The position numbers and the translations under genes are program-made. Positions 1 through 10,295 of a DNA stretch of 64,000 bases are shown one piece after another. Source of the stretch: a bacterium. Its GTDB lineage: Bacteria > UBA8248. The notes beneath the pieces were generated by a model. That model was given only the letters and a program-made list of their open reading frames with translations, was not told the origin of the DNA and made no database searches. Each line of letters opens with the position of its first letter. The stretch's first letter is position 1. Location: assembly GCA_965219955.1 (NCBI GenBank), contig OZ244799.1:32001-96000 (forward strand), in the 5' to 3' direction.

Positions 1-87
1 ATTTTAATTATGGGTTTCGACTTTGCAAACCGAACCTAAGGTTGAAACTCAAATGTTTCATTTCTATACCTCGAAAAGGAGATACAA

Positions 88-1059
88 ATGAGGAAATCCA
101 CGCTTCGGCTGATTACGTTGGCGGCAGGTCTTGCCCTTCTGATCGGCACTGCCCCGACGGCGAACGCAGCCAAAATACTCATGGGAACATCCCAGCCCGG
201 CGGCGCCACCTTTGAAATCGGGACCGCGATGGGCAAAGTCATCACGGATAATTCGGGCGGAAAGATCCAAGTGGAAACATCCGTCACCGGCGGTTCTACC
301 GCAAACGTCCGAATCCTCCAGAAGAAGGACAAGAACCAGGCCTTGCGTATAGGTATGGCCACCGCACCTGCTGTCTCTTGGGGGCAAACAGGTAGAAAAC
401 CCTTCAAGAAACCCCAAGACGTATTGGCGTTAGGGGCCCTGTACCCATTGACGACCGTCTACACCACCTTTAAGACCACCGGAATCAAAAAATGGTCCGA
501 TCTCACCGGCAAAAGATTCGTCGTTGGCGGTCGTGGAGGTTCCATTTACATCGTTACACAGCTTGCACTCAAACACAGCGGCGTAAAAGCGAAAAAAGAA
601 TTCTTCAACAACAACCAGAATTCGGCCGCCATCAAAGACCAAAGGGTGGACGCAGGCTTTTTCTTCCTGAACGCGAATGTTCCCGCACCCGTATATATGG
701 ATCTCGCTCGCACACTCTCGGGCAAACTCCATTTCTTCGGTCCTGATGAGGCCACAATCAAAAAGCTGGCCGTCAACGAAGCGGGTATCGTACGCGATGT
801 CGTGGCTGCCGGCTCCATCCCGGGTTACAACAAAGATGTCGTAAGCTGGGGACAGATGTGGACTTTGATGACCAACAGCAAAATGAGCAATGCCAACGCA
901 TACGGGCTCGTCAAGGCCCTGTACGACAATCACAAACAAATCACCAAATACCATCCAACCGGGAGATACGTTACGAAAAAGACCGGCCTTCGCGGGATGA
1001 AGAAACTCAAAATCCACCCGGGTGCGGCACGCTACTGGAAAGAGGCGGGCATGATGTAA
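88..1059 (+). CDS. TAXI family TRAP transporter solute-binding protein
   Basis: Signal peptide; GTSQPGG, TGGSTAN and IHPGAARYW motifs typical of TAXI SBPs; AGGAG RBS. Confidence 0.9.
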   Translation: MRKSTLRLITLAAGLALLIGTAPTANAAKILMGTSQPGGATFEIGTAMGKVITDNSGGKIQVETSVTGGSTANVRILQKKDKNQALRIGMATAPAVSWGQTGRKPFKKPQDVLALGALYPLTTVYTTFKTTGIKKWSDLTGKRFVVGGRGGSIYIVTQLALKHSGVKAKKEFFNNNQNSAAIKDQRVDAGFFFLNANVPAPVYMDLARTLSGKLHFFGPDEATIKKLAVNEAGIVRDVVAAGSIPGYNKDVVSWGQMWTLMTNSKMSNANAYGLVKALYDNHKQITKYHPTGRYVTKKTGLRGMKKLKIHPGAARYWKEAGMM

Positions 1060-1074
1060 GCAACAACAAGCCCT

Positions 1075-1105
1075 AAAAACCCCCTGCTTCGGCGGGGGGT
1101 TTTTT
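1075..1105 (+). terminator. Rho-independent terminator
   Basis: AAAAAC-CCCCTGC-TTCG-GCGGGGG-G-TTTTTTT hairpin plus U tract after the gene. Confidence 0.85.
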
Positions 1106-1196
1106 GTTGTCTGATCATGCTCGTTATGGGCCCTGGAAATGTTATGATGGCCGAATCTTACCTGCGGCCAGATAATTCATTCCAGGGGGGAAGAAA

Positions 1197-1805
1197 ATGA
1201 ACACACCCGGTTTTGAAACCTTTCATCTCGTAAAACCCGATGAAGCCGAAAGCGAGGTTTCACAAATTTATGATGAGATATGCCGATTGAAAGACCCGCG
1301 CTGGCTGGGGCCTTTGTTCGGTTTTTTCGCCCATGTCCCAGGCCTCTTGCGTGGATTCTGGGAACTCCAAAAACGCTTGGAAGTTTTAGACGGCCACATT
1401 TCACGCGAGTTGACCAATCGCATCGCGATGGTTTGCGCGGTCGCCTCAGATTGTCCCCGTTGCGTGAATTTCCACAAAACCGACCTAATCCACCGCATGG
1501 AACTCGATGAGTATGAAGTCGAAAAACTCCATGACTTTGAAAATGCAGATTTGCCCGAGTCGGAAAAAGCCGTATTCCGCGTGGCCAGAAAACTTACGCT
1601 CAACGAACAACTGACTGACGAAGAGTTTCAGGCGTTGCGCGAGCACGGCTTTGACGAGCCGGCCATCGTGGAGATCGTCTCGGTCGCTCTGCTGGAGGGT
1701 GGTTTCGCCCGCCACGCAAGCGTTTTGGCCCGTTTTGAGGACGGGATGGACTGGCCGGCGCAACATACCCCATCCGCCGAATACCGAAGCGTCATCGACC
1801 GCTAA
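1197..1805 (+). CDS. AhpD/carboxymuconolactone decarboxylase-like peroxidase-related protein
   Basis: CPRCVNFH (CxxC..H) motif; ALREHGFDEPAIVEIV helix typical of this family. Confidence 0.8.
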   Translation: MNTPGFETFHLVKPDEAESEVSQIYDEICRLKDPRWLGPLFGFFAHVPGLLRGFWELQKRLEVLDGHISRELTNRIAMVCAVASDCPRCVNFHKTDLIHRMELDEYEVEKLHDFENADLPESEKAVFRVARKLTLNEQLTDEEFQALREHGFDEPAIVEIVSVALLEGGFARHASVLARFEDGMDWPAQHTPSAEYRSVIDR

Positions 1806-1844
1806 AGGCTTACGGACTTATTGGTGCTAGCCGAAAAAAAGAGT

Positions 1845-2162
1845 TTATTTTTTGCTACGAACTTGTGTGAGAAGACTTTTTGGGGTTTGTGTATTTTCAG
1901 CCGCTTTGCTTGCGTGAAGATTTTTGGGCTGAGTCAAGGGGGATTGGGGCGGCGCTTTCTTTGTAACGTCATACTTGGGTGATTCGGCGGGGTAGTTGTA
2001 AAGGGTAACCAGGCACGCATCGGTTCTGCCGAGCGTTCCTTCGGCAAACGCGCTGGACACGCTCACAAGAAAGAAAACAACCAACCCCAGAACTTTCAGA
2101 CAGCCCACAAAATAATCCCCAAGAATAGATTCATTAGAATACATACCGGACGAGCATACCAT
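1845..2162 (-). CDS. Small hypothetical exported protein (start uncertain)
   Basis: Hydrophobic segment ending in an AFA signal-peptidase motif; fills an intergenic gap. Confidence 0.4.
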   Translation of the reverse strand: MVCSSGMYSNESILGDYFVGCLKVLGLVVFFLVSVSSAFAEGTLGRTDACLVTLYNYPAESPKYDVTKKAPPQSPLTQPKNLHASKAAENTQTPKSLLTQVRSKK

Positions 2163-2346
2163 GAATGTCGATGAAACGGTTCTTCAGCTTGACCCGTGAA
2201 TTTGTCATGTTGAAAAACAATCTCGACCACTATAAAGTTAGGCAAGCATTCAAAAACTGCAACTTTACAAATATGGCGGGTGGTGCTAGGCATTCATTCG
2301 CTTATTTATTTGGAACCTTCACACCTTTACTTGGAAGCTTTATCCC

Positions 2347-4305
2347 GTGCCGGAATCCAAGAATTTGATGAAAATGATAAAGATCGACAAATCCTTTCCG
2401 GGTGTTCATGCGCTCAAAGAGGTCGATTTCGATCTCGAAGAAGGCGAAGTCCATATATTACTGGGTGAAAACGGAGCCGGAAAATCCACGCTCATCAAAA
2501 TTCTAGCGGGAATTTATCACGCCGACTCAGGTCAAATCGAGATCAACGAATCGCCTACAATAATTCCCGACGCCAGAACCGGTCGCGATTTGGGAATCAG
2601 CGTCATCTACCAGGAACTGAACCTGGTGCCCGATCTGAGTGTGGCCAAAAACATCTTTCTTGGTCGCGAGCCAGTTTTGCCCGGCGTCATGAGACGCGTG
2701 GATTGGGCCAAAGTCGAACAGGAATCCCGTGCGATCATGGAGCGCCTGGATGTGAGAATCGACGTCAACGCGCCGGTCCGCTCTCTGAGCGTGGCCGATC
2801 AGCAAATGGTGGAGATCGCCCGGGCCCTCGCATTTGATTGCAAGATTTTGGTGATGGATGAACCCACGTCTTCTTTGAGCGGCCATGAAATCGAGGAACT
2901 CTTCAAGGCAGTCAACCGTTTGCGGGAACAAGGCGTCGGCATCATCTATATTTCCCACCGACTTGAAGAAGTCCACGAGATTGGAGATCGCGTTACCGTT
3001 CTGCGCGACGGGGAATACATGGGTACATGGGAAGTAAAAGATGTGGAACTCGATTTCCTGATCACACAGATGGTGGGACGCACACTCGATGAGAAATTCC
3101 CCTGGTCGCCCCGTGATCGTGGAGAAGTGGCATTGCGGGTGCGTGGACTCACCCGAAACGGCGCATTCGAAGACATTAATTTTGATCTCCATTATGGCGA
3201 AATCGTCGGCCTCTCGGGTCTCGTCGGCGCGGGAAGAACCGAAGTGGCTCGGGCCGTGATGGGCGCGGATCCTGTTGATGACGGCACCGTCGAGATGACC
3301 AACGCGACAAAAGAGAAAGAAGAGATACAAAAACTACCCCACTATCCGATTTGGGTGGCGCTCGTTGATGTGGTTGTCTTTATCCTGGCTTTGCCTTTGT
3401 TCACCGTCATCTTCCAGGGAATTTACGATCCTTTCACGCTCAACATGAACTCGCCACCACCACTTTTCAGTGGAAATTGGTTTTATGAATGGATCCTTGG
3501 TGGCCCGTTATACAACATTCCGAACGGCCCCACTCCCTATCTTGTCGCCGCCGGATTGGCCGTCATAAGACAATTGGGACTTTGGTTTCTTGAGCGTCAG
3601 TATCGTTGGCGTACTCTGGCTATTGACTTTGCAAGCTGGTACGCCCTGGCGATAGGAGCGATGGTCATTACGAGTTTATTTACCCAAAATTTCATTCTCG
3701 AATGGGTCATGATCTGGGGTGGCGTCGCTATGGTTGTCCTTCGATTCCTGACAATCCTCACCCATGAGCGCAAGTGGACTCCAACCTTGGCCATACGACG
3801 CGGGTTGGGGCTACTGCCCGAAGACAGAAAGACCCAGGGCCTCACCCAGGTCCTATCGGTTGCCTTTAACACCACTAGCGCAAACCTTCGCCGCCTCATC
3901 AAGCGATGGCTGCTCAATCTGACCATGGAGAAAGACTTCGTCGATGAGCATATCGATCAACTAAAAATCATGACGCCGGACCAGGAGACGCAAATACGCT
4001 TTCTCTCGGGCGGTAATCAGCAAAAAGTCGTACTCGCAAAATGGCTCTTCAGGCGCGCCAACGTACTCATCTTTGATGAACCGACTCGCGGAATCGACGT
4101 AGGCGCGAAATTCGAAGTTCACACACAGATGCTGCAACTCGCCAAAGATGGCGCAGCTGTAATGATGATATCGAGTGAACTGCCCGAGATTCTCGGGATG
4201 AGCGATCGCATTCTGGTCATGCGTGAAGGACGGCTCACCGCAGACATCGACAGGGATGAAGCAACGCAGGAAGGAATTCTGCGTTACGCCATGACCGCGG
4301 ATTGA
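2347..4305 (+). CDS. Sugar ABC transporter ATP-binding protein (RbsA/MglA type) with internal membrane-domain insertion
   Basis: GENGAGKS Walker A, MDEPT, GLVGAGRTE, LSGGNQQKV, FDEPTRGIDVGAK; hydrophobic insert at about aa 319-476. Confidence 0.9.
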   Translation: MPESKNLMKMIKIDKSFPGVHALKEVDFDLEEGEVHILLGENGAGKSTLIKILAGIYHADSGQIEINESPTIIPDARTGRDLGISVIYQELNLVPDLSVAKNIFLGREPVLPGVMRRVDWAKVEQESRAIMERLDVRIDVNAPVRSLSVADQQMVEIARALAFDCKILVMDEPTSSLSGHEIEELFKAVNRLREQGVGIIYISHRLEEVHEIGDRVTVLRDGEYMGTWEVKDVELDFLITQMVGRTLDEKFPWSPRDRGEVALRVRGLTRNGAFEDINFDLHYGEIVGLSGLVGAGRTEVARAVMGADPVDDGTVEMTNATKEKEEIQKLPHYPIWVALVDVVVFILALPLFTVIFQGIYDPFTLNMNSPPPLFSGNWFYEWILGGPLYNIPNGPTPYLVAAGLAVIRQLGLWFLERQYRWRTLAIDFASWYALAIGAMVITSLFTQNFILEWVMIWGGVAMVVLRFLTILTHERKWTPTLAIRRGLGLLPEDRKTQGLTQVLSVAFNTTSANLRRLIKRWLLNLTMEKDFVDEHIDQLKIMTPDQETQIRFLSGGNQQKVVLAKWLFRRANVLIFDEPTRGIDVGAKFEVHTQMLQLAKDGAAVMMISSELPEILGMSDRILVMREGRLTADIDRDEATQEGILRYAMTAD

Positions 4306-4327
4306 TCCGCGTTCGGAGGTAGATTTA

Positions 4328-5341
4328 ATGAGTGCCGCAGCTTCAACGGATACTGAGAAAGTCTTTCTAGGTTATTCTGTCAAGGATATCCCCTGGGAGC
4401 GGGTACTCCTCATTTCCGCGTTTGTCGTCTTGATGATCTTCTACACTTTCGCGACCGAAAATTTCCTCACCCTCGAAAACTTCGTGAACGTCGTGCGCCG
4501 AGACGCATGGCTCTTCTTTTTGGCCTATGCCCAAACGTTGGTCATCGTTTCGGCGGGGTTCGACCTCTCGCAAGGCTCCATCATGAGCGTGGTGAGTGTC
4601 ATGGCCTGGAGTGCGATGCTGCACTTCGGGTTTTTTGTTGGCCTCATCGCCGGCCTCGGTATCGGTCTGCTGTGCGGCGTCATCAATGGGTTTTTCGTCG
4701 GCGTGGCAAGGGTGCAGCCGTTCATCGCGACCCTGGGGATGCTCTTCATCGGCAGCGGCGCGGCCCAGCTTTGGACCGGCGGCCTTCAAATGGGGGGTGC
4801 GCGCGAGGGCGCAACCTTGCCCAAACACGTCGAAGATGCTTATGTCCTTTTGGCTAAAGGAAACCTGGGTCCCATCCCCTTCACCTTCATCTGGATACTC
4901 ATCGCACTGGGCACCATGTGGTATCTGCTCAAATACACCCGCTTCGGCACTTATGTGTATGCTTTGGGCGGAAACGAACAAACAGCGATTTCCGCGGGAA
5001 TCAACTTTCCCGCCATGAAGATCGCCATTTTCGGCATAGGCGGTCTTCTGTGCGGTTTCGCAGGGCTTCTTCTTTCAGCGAGCGTCAGCGCGGCGGGCGA
5101 ACCGAGACTGGGCGGAGGCGATCAACTGCTCCAATCGATCGGAGCGACCATCATCGGCGGCACGCATATATTTGGCGGTCGAGGGGGCGTGTTGGGTACG
5201 ACGCTGGGTGTTTTTCTGATCATATTCTTGGTGAATGGACTGAACATCATGGGAATCGACACCTACCGGCAACAAATCGTCGTCGGCTTGGTAATTCTTG
5301 CTTCCATCTGGGTCAGCACCCTGCGTGAGCAAAAAAACTAA
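4328..5341 (+). CDS. Sugar ABC transporter permease (RbsC type)
   Basis: GFDLSQGS, PFIATLG, YALGGNEQTA, IIGGT motifs; multiple TM segments. Confidence 0.9.
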   Translation: MSAAASTDTEKVFLGYSVKDIPWERVLLISAFVVLMIFYTFATENFLTLENFVNVVRRDAWLFFLAYAQTLVIVSAGFDLSQGSIMSVVSVMAWSAMLHFGFFVGLIAGLGIGLLCGVINGFFVGVARVQPFIATLGMLFIGSGAAQLWTGGLQMGGAREGATLPKHVEDAYVLLAKGNLGPIPFTFIWILIALGTMWYLLKYTRFGTYVYALGGNEQTAISAGINFPAMKIAIFGIGGLLCGFAGLLLSASVSAAGEPRLGGGDQLLQSIGATIIGGTHIFGGRGGVLGTTLGVFLIIFLVNGLNIMGIDTYRQQIVVGLVILASIWVSTLREQKN

Positions 5342-5356
5342 GGGAGATTCTAAATC

Positions 5357-6352
5357 ATGGCGAATGTAGCGGAGGTTCCGGTCAGACCTTCTGCCTCCTT
5401 ATTGGCCAAATTCAATTACGAAAAATATGGTTTACTCGTCGTGTTCATCTTGATGATGGTCATATTTTACATTCTCCAATTGATGGGCTACGTGAACAAC
5501 TTTATCGAAGCCCATAACCTGACCAACCAACTCAGAAACGCTTCTCTCCTGTTCTTCATCGTTGCTGGGCAAAGTATGGTGCTCCTGGTTTCAGGCATCG
5601 ATTTGAGCCAAGGTTCCTTGCTCAGCCTCTCGAGCGTCGTGATGGCGCAGGGCATACTGGATTTTGGCCTTGCCGTGGGCGTGTTGATGGGTATCGGAAT
5701 GGCGACGATGTTCGGTTTCATCAACGGCTACCTCGTGGGCCGCGTGAAAATACAACCTTTCATTGTCACCTTGAGTATGCTTTTCATCTGCGCCGGCATC
5801 GCGTTGGTATTCACGGGCGGACGCACTATTCATCAATTCACGAGTGAGCAAAAAGATATCCTGCAAACCATCGGCCTCACGGATTTTTTCCACATCCCCG
5901 GCACGCTGTTCATCGCCATTTTCTTTTTCATCATTCTCTATCTGCTGACGAAACGAACGGTGCTTGGCCGGGCAATTTATTTAACCGGCGGGAACGAAGA
6001 GGCCGCGCGCCTCTCTGGTATAGACACTGGCAAGGTGAAACTCATTTGCTATTTGATCAGCGGCATCTGCGTGGGCATCACCTCGTTCCTTTACCTGGCG
6101 AGACTTCCGGCCACGAACGGCCTCGCGGGGTTTCAGCTTGAATTCCAGTCCCTGGCGGCCACTGTGGTGGGAGGCACGACGTTCCACGGCGGCGAGGGCG
6201 GTGTGACGCAAGCCGCGATCGGGACGCTTTTCCTGACATTTTTGCTCAATGGCCTCATTCTCCTGGGTGTGGGCACATTCGCCCGGGAGGTGGTGGTAGG
6301 CGTTTTGCTGATTACGGCTGTGGTTTTGAGTTCCCGCAAGCGGCGGGAATAG
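5357..6352 (+). CDS. Sugar ABC transporter permease (RbsC type)
   Basis: GIDLSQGS, PFIVTL, GGNEEAARLSGI motifs. Confidence 0.9.
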   Translation: MANVAEVPVRPSASLLAKFNYEKYGLLVVFILMMVIFYILQLMGYVNNFIEAHNLTNQLRNASLLFFIVAGQSMVLLVSGIDLSQGSLLSLSSVVMAQGILDFGLAVGVLMGIGMATMFGFINGYLVGRVKIQPFIVTLSMLFICAGIALVFTGGRTIHQFTSEQKDILQTIGLTDFFHIPGTLFIAIFFFIILYLLTKRTVLGRAIYLTGGNEEAARLSGIDTGKVKLICYLISGICVGITSFLYLARLPATNGLAGFQLEFQSLAATVVGGTTFHGGEGGVTQAAIGTLFLTFLLNGLILLGVGTFAREVVVGVLLITAVVLSSRKRRE

Positions 6353-6441
6353 GAAATATGTTTATACTGTAGTCATTTTTCCCTTTCGCGGAGGAGAGAA
6401 TATCCGTCCGTGAAACCCATTCTGCGACGAGGAGATTCACG

Positions 6442-7500
6442 ATGAAAAAAATGTTCCGCACTTTCATGATCCTCGCTTCCGTCGTCACGTTCATGTTCGT
6501 GTCGATGGCGGCGACCCCGGACGCCGATGCCCGGGTGAAGGCGAAGAAGAAATACAAGATCGCTGTCGTCGTGCCCAATGGAGTCGACCCCTATTTCTTC
6601 TCGAAATGGTACGGAAGCGTACAGGCGGCCAAGGAAGCCGGCGTGACCGTGACCATGTTCGACGCGGGCGGCTATGAGTTCCTGCCCAAACAGGTGGCCC
6701 ACGTGGAAGACATCATCGCGGCGAAATACGACGGAATGATCATCTGCCCCATCAGTACCAAGGGCATGGTGAACGCCGTCCATAAGGCGATGGACAAAGG
6801 CGTCAAGATCGTCGTGGACAACATCGACCTCGACAGCAATCGCGTCAAGAACCGCGTCATGAAAAACAGCTACGAGCTGGGCCTTCTCATCGGCGCTACC
6901 ATGGCGCACGCCATCAACTACCAGGGCAAAGTCATGATGCTGCCCGGACCCAGCGGCATCGAGATGGTGACCTCCATGGCCAAAGGGTTTGAGGAGTACA
7001 TGAGCCACTACCCGAAAATCAAGATTGTGGCCAAGGAATTCACCAAGTCCAACGTGCAGCATGCATACCAGACGGCGGAAGACCTGCTTAAGAAACATCC
7101 GGATGTGAAAGGCATTTACCCCTGGGCAACGCTCATTGCCCGCGGCACGGTGGACGCCGTGAAAGCCGCCGGTTACAAGCCCGGTCAGATCAAGATCGTG
7201 ACGCACAACCTCGTCGTCGGAATCGAAAAAGACATTCGTGACGGCTGGGTGCACGCGGCGGTCTTGGCCGAGCAGATCGCGATGGCGAGAGAAGCTGTTT
7301 TCAACGTAATCGATCTCATCGAAGGACGCCAGCCTCCGGGCGCGCCCCATCGCGGCGGAACGCTCAGCTATATCCAGAATTACATGGCCTATAAGCACAA
7401 CCTCGACATTCTGGATCGAAGCGGCATCGAGGCGCCCAAAGATTGGATGATCAAGCGCCAGAAACGCGCGGCGAACATCGTGGGCGGAAAACGCCGTTAA
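6442..7500 (+). CDS. Sugar ABC transporter periplasmic substrate-binding protein
   Basis: Signal peptide; periplasmic binding protein type I pattern (DPYF, AKEAGV, DLLKKHPDVKGIY); operon context. Confidence 0.88.
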   Translation: MKKMFRTFMILASVVTFMFVSMAATPDADARVKAKKKYKIAVVVPNGVDPYFFSKWYGSVQAAKEAGVTVTMFDAGGYEFLPKQVAHVEDIIAAKYDGMIICPISTKGMVNAVHKAMDKGVKIVVDNIDLDSNRVKNRVMKNSYELGLLIGATMAHAINYQGKVMMLPGPSGIEMVTSMAKGFEEYMSHYPKIKIVAKEFTKSNVQHAYQTAEDLLKKHPDVKGIYPWATLIARGTVDAVKAAGYKPGQIKIVTHNLVVGIEKDIRDGWVHAAVLAEQIAMAREAVFNVIDLIEGRQPPGAPHRGGTLSYIQNYMAYKHNLDILDRSGIEAPKDWMIKRQKRAANIVGGKRR

Positions 7501-7522
7501 GTATCATCCCGCCACTGAACAC

Positions 7523-7557
7523 CAAAAGCCCCGCCGGGCAACCGGCGGGGTTTTTTC
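7523..7557. terminator. Bidirectional Rho-independent terminator
   Basis: AAAAGCCCCGCCGG-GCAA-CCGGCGGGGTTTTTT between convergent genes. Confidence 0.85.
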
Positions 7558-7576
7558 ATAAACCACCTTGTCTCGC

Positions 7577-8659
7577 CTACAACCCCTTCACGTATATGCT
7601 GAGCCCCATCCGCCCCGTCGACCCACCGGGTTGCGGATCGGAAATCTCATCCGTCTGCACTTTTCCTGCGCCATCCACGGCTCGCACCGTCGCCGGATAA
7701 AACCCGTTTTCCTCAAAATGCATGGGAAACGCCCAGACGCTCCAGGCGAGCGGCCCCAGGGGCTTTTTGAGCAGTGCAGGCGCCCAGGACCGCAAACGCT
7801 CACCCTGCCCATAGGTTACTTCCACCTTGCGGATTCCCCTGTCCCCGGCGAAAGCCGAGCCCACGAGCCACACCTTGGAAGTCCGGACCTCAACACGCCT
7901 CCTGGGGGCTTCGAAGCGGCTGAGCGTCTCGACGATTGCCTCATCCGACCACCCCCGCTTTTGCCAATACCCGCCATGTCCCCTGGTCGCAACCTCAATG
8001 GATTCAATCCACTTCACGTTCTTGAGGCCGTAGGTCCCCGGCACGAGGAGCCTGAGCGGAGCGCCGTGGTCTCTTGGCAAGGATTCCCCGTTCATCCTGG
8101 TGCACAGAAGCGTTCTCGAATCGAGGGCCTGCTCCAGGGAGATGGAATCATGATACCCGTCCGCCGCGCGAAAAATCACCCGGGCGGAGACAGAGCGGCG
8201 CACGTTTTTCGCCACGCCCGCCCGCTCGATGAGCGTTGTAAGCGGTATCCCTTCCCACAAGGCGTTCCCTATCTGCCCGCCGCCCACGGGGTTCCCGATG
8301 CAGGTCATCGTCGCCCAGGTTCGCTCCTGCCCGAGCGCGCTCAATTCCGCATAAGTAGCGGAAAAAGGCTCTGTTACCTCGCCCGTTATTTTCAGCCGCC
8401 ATTTACCGCGGGAGAGCCTGGGTGCCGAATGGCCGATGCTTTGCACATAAAATTTATCGTTCGCGGTGACTTCGGGAACGACGCGCGCGGCGAAATCGAG
8501 AATTCCCTCACCGGGCCCGGGCGTCTCGACGGGGCGGCTGTTCAGCCAATCGAACAGGCGGCCCGCCATCGAGGCCTGAGCGTCGCGCGGGATTCCGATG
8601 ACGGCGAGGGGCGCGATTCGCCCCGCAATCCGCAATAGCTGGCGTCTGGATACGTTCAT
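7577..8659 (-). CDS. Tat-exported molybdopterin-dependent oxidoreductase (sulfite oxidase family)
   Basis: SRRQLL Tat motif; TMTCIGNP Mo-ligand Cys; MNGESLPRDHGAPLRL and YGLKNVKW motifs; GGAG RBS before ATG 8659. Confidence 0.88.
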   Translation of the reverse strand: MNVSRRQLLRIAGRIAPLAVIGIPRDAQASMAGRLFDWLNSRPVETPGPGEGILDFAARVVPEVTANDKFYVQSIGHSAPRLSRGKWRLKITGEVTEPFSATYAELSALGQERTWATMTCIGNPVGGGQIGNALWEGIPLTTLIERAGVAKNVRRSVSARVIFRAADGYHDSISLEQALDSRTLLCTRMNGESLPRDHGAPLRLLVPGTYGLKNVKWIESIEVATRGHGGYWQKRGWSDEAIVETLSRFEAPRRRVEVRTSKVWLVGSAFAGDRGIRKVEVTYGQGERLRSWAPALLKKPLGPLAWSVWAFPMHFEENGFYPATVRAVDGAGKVQTDEISDPQPGGSTGRMGLSIYVKGL

Positions 8660-9145
8660 GGCGCTTCTCCAGGAGAAAACCACCCCCGATTCTACGATAA
8701 AACCGCCGATTCACGAAATTTCCGCCCCTCACCCCCGCATCTTCCCGCAAATCCGCGCATTTTCCGTCATCGCAAGCGTAGCGCGCCGTGGCATTATTCC
8801 CCTGCACCCGGATTCCGCGGCGTCAAACCCTAAGAAAATAATTCCCGGAAATACCCCGTCAATTTATCGAAAAACCCCGTGAATTTATCCAATTTTATCG
8901 AAATTTACGGAAATTCCATTTTCTCGAACGAAACCGCCCGGCTTCGCCATCATACCGGAATCCCCCGAATCCGCGCGGACGGCAGATGCGGGCAAATGCG
9001 GGTTGTCTCGAACGGGATGCAGGGAATTTCGTCCGGACCCCGGGAGGAAGTGATGAACGCTCCGCCGCAAATGCGGGGAAATGCGCGCCCCCGTGCGAGG
9101 GATGAAGACCCGGCCGGAGGGTGCGGAATCGAACCCGGCCGATGC

Positions 9146-9238
9146 GGGGTTGTTGAAAACGCCTCCTTTTCAGGGCGAGAGCCTGCGCCGCCGCTTAAAC
9201 CCCCACCCCCTCCTCAAGGGGGCTTTTTCAGAAGTCCC
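9146..9238. mobile_element. Putative degenerate MITE with IS1182-like ends
   Basis: GGGGTTGTTGAAAACGCC ... GGGCTTTTTCAGAAGTCCC imperfect inverted ends resembling the IS termini at 18838/20353. Confidence 0.45.
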
Positions 9239-9411
9239 GTATGCGGCTTCGACATTCCTCGCCGCTCCGGATGAAGCGTTCGTGAACGACCCCCCTGACC
9301 CGGGCTGTCGCCGGCCCGTGGGCAGGCGACCCTCACCCGGCCGGTCTCGGGGTTTTCATCCATGACCCCGAGAATCACCGGCGCGACTCGCGCGTCCGGC
9401 CGCCCCCTGGC

Positions 9412-10197
9412 CTAGAAGGCGTAGCGCAGGGAAACCCATACGCCGTGGCCGGTGAGGCGCGCGCGCGTTTCGCCGATGAGGATCGAGAGGTCGCGGTCGG
9501 GGCGCAGGACGCGGATGTCCCCCTGGGCGGTCTCCACGTCGCCCGAATCCATGTAGCGCCAGGCGACGTCGAGGGTGAGCCGCTCTGTGAGCGGTTTGGC
9601 GACGCCCGCCGAGGCGGTCCAGGCGAAGTTGAGGCTTCGCCCGCCCGGGACGGCGGTCGTCTGCGAGAGGCCCGGAAAGCGCATGAGCGTCCGGCCGATG
9701 CGCACGTACGACAGGCCTCCGCCCAGCCCGATGAACGGGCGCAGGCCGCCGATTCGCGGGAGGTCCAAATAAGCCGTGAGGATGGCCGAGGTCGCCGAGA
9801 GGTCGGCGGTGACGGACTGGCTGCCCGGCGTCCGGCGGTAGTTGGCGTCGCCCTCGAAGGCGAGCTTGGGGCGATATTCGAGGGCGGCCTCGAGGCGCAG
9901 GTCGGGTGCGACGGCGCGGCCCAGGCCGAGGGAGAAGCCCGCCCCGGCGCCGAAGTCGCCTACCGTCTGCGTCGGCTTTCCGTCGATGCCGGTTGCGGCG
10001 CCGTAGAGGGCGGCGACGTCATCGCGCGTGGGGTCGGCGTCGCGAAAGCGCGTCTCCCGCGTCCAGTCGACGCCCAGGCCGGCGCGGACGTAGAACCCCT
10101 CCGCGCAGGCGGAGACGGGGGAAAGCAGGAGCGCCGCCAGCAAGAGCGGGAGAATCATCCGCCGCCACAGCGCGGCGCCTGGGATGCGGTTCGGCAT
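9412..10197 (-). CDS. Outer-membrane beta-barrel protein (opacity/OmpA-TM-like)
   Basis: Signal peptide; alternating beta-strand pattern; RPFIGLGGG and LDVAWRY motifs; C-terminal YAF. Confidence 0.82.
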   Translation of the reverse strand: MPNRIPGAALWRRMILPLLLAALLLSPVSACAEGFYVRAGLGVDWTRETRFRDADPTRDDVAALYGAATGIDGKPTQTVGDFGAGAGFSLGLGRAVAPDLRLEAALEYRPKLAFEGDANYRRTPGSQSVTADLSATSAILTAYLDLPRIGGLRPFIGLGGGLSYVRIGRTLMRFPGLSQTTAVPGGRSLNFAWTASAGVAKPLTERLTLDVAWRYMDSGDVETAQGDIRVLRPDRDLSILIGETRARLTGHGVWVSLRYAF

Positions 10198-10295
10198 GGG
10201 AGTTCCCCTCGGGCGCGAAGGGTCTTGGCGCGGCCCCCGGGGGGCCGCCGTCTTCCGGGAACCTATTACGGACTCCGCCGCCCGTCAATCGGGGG

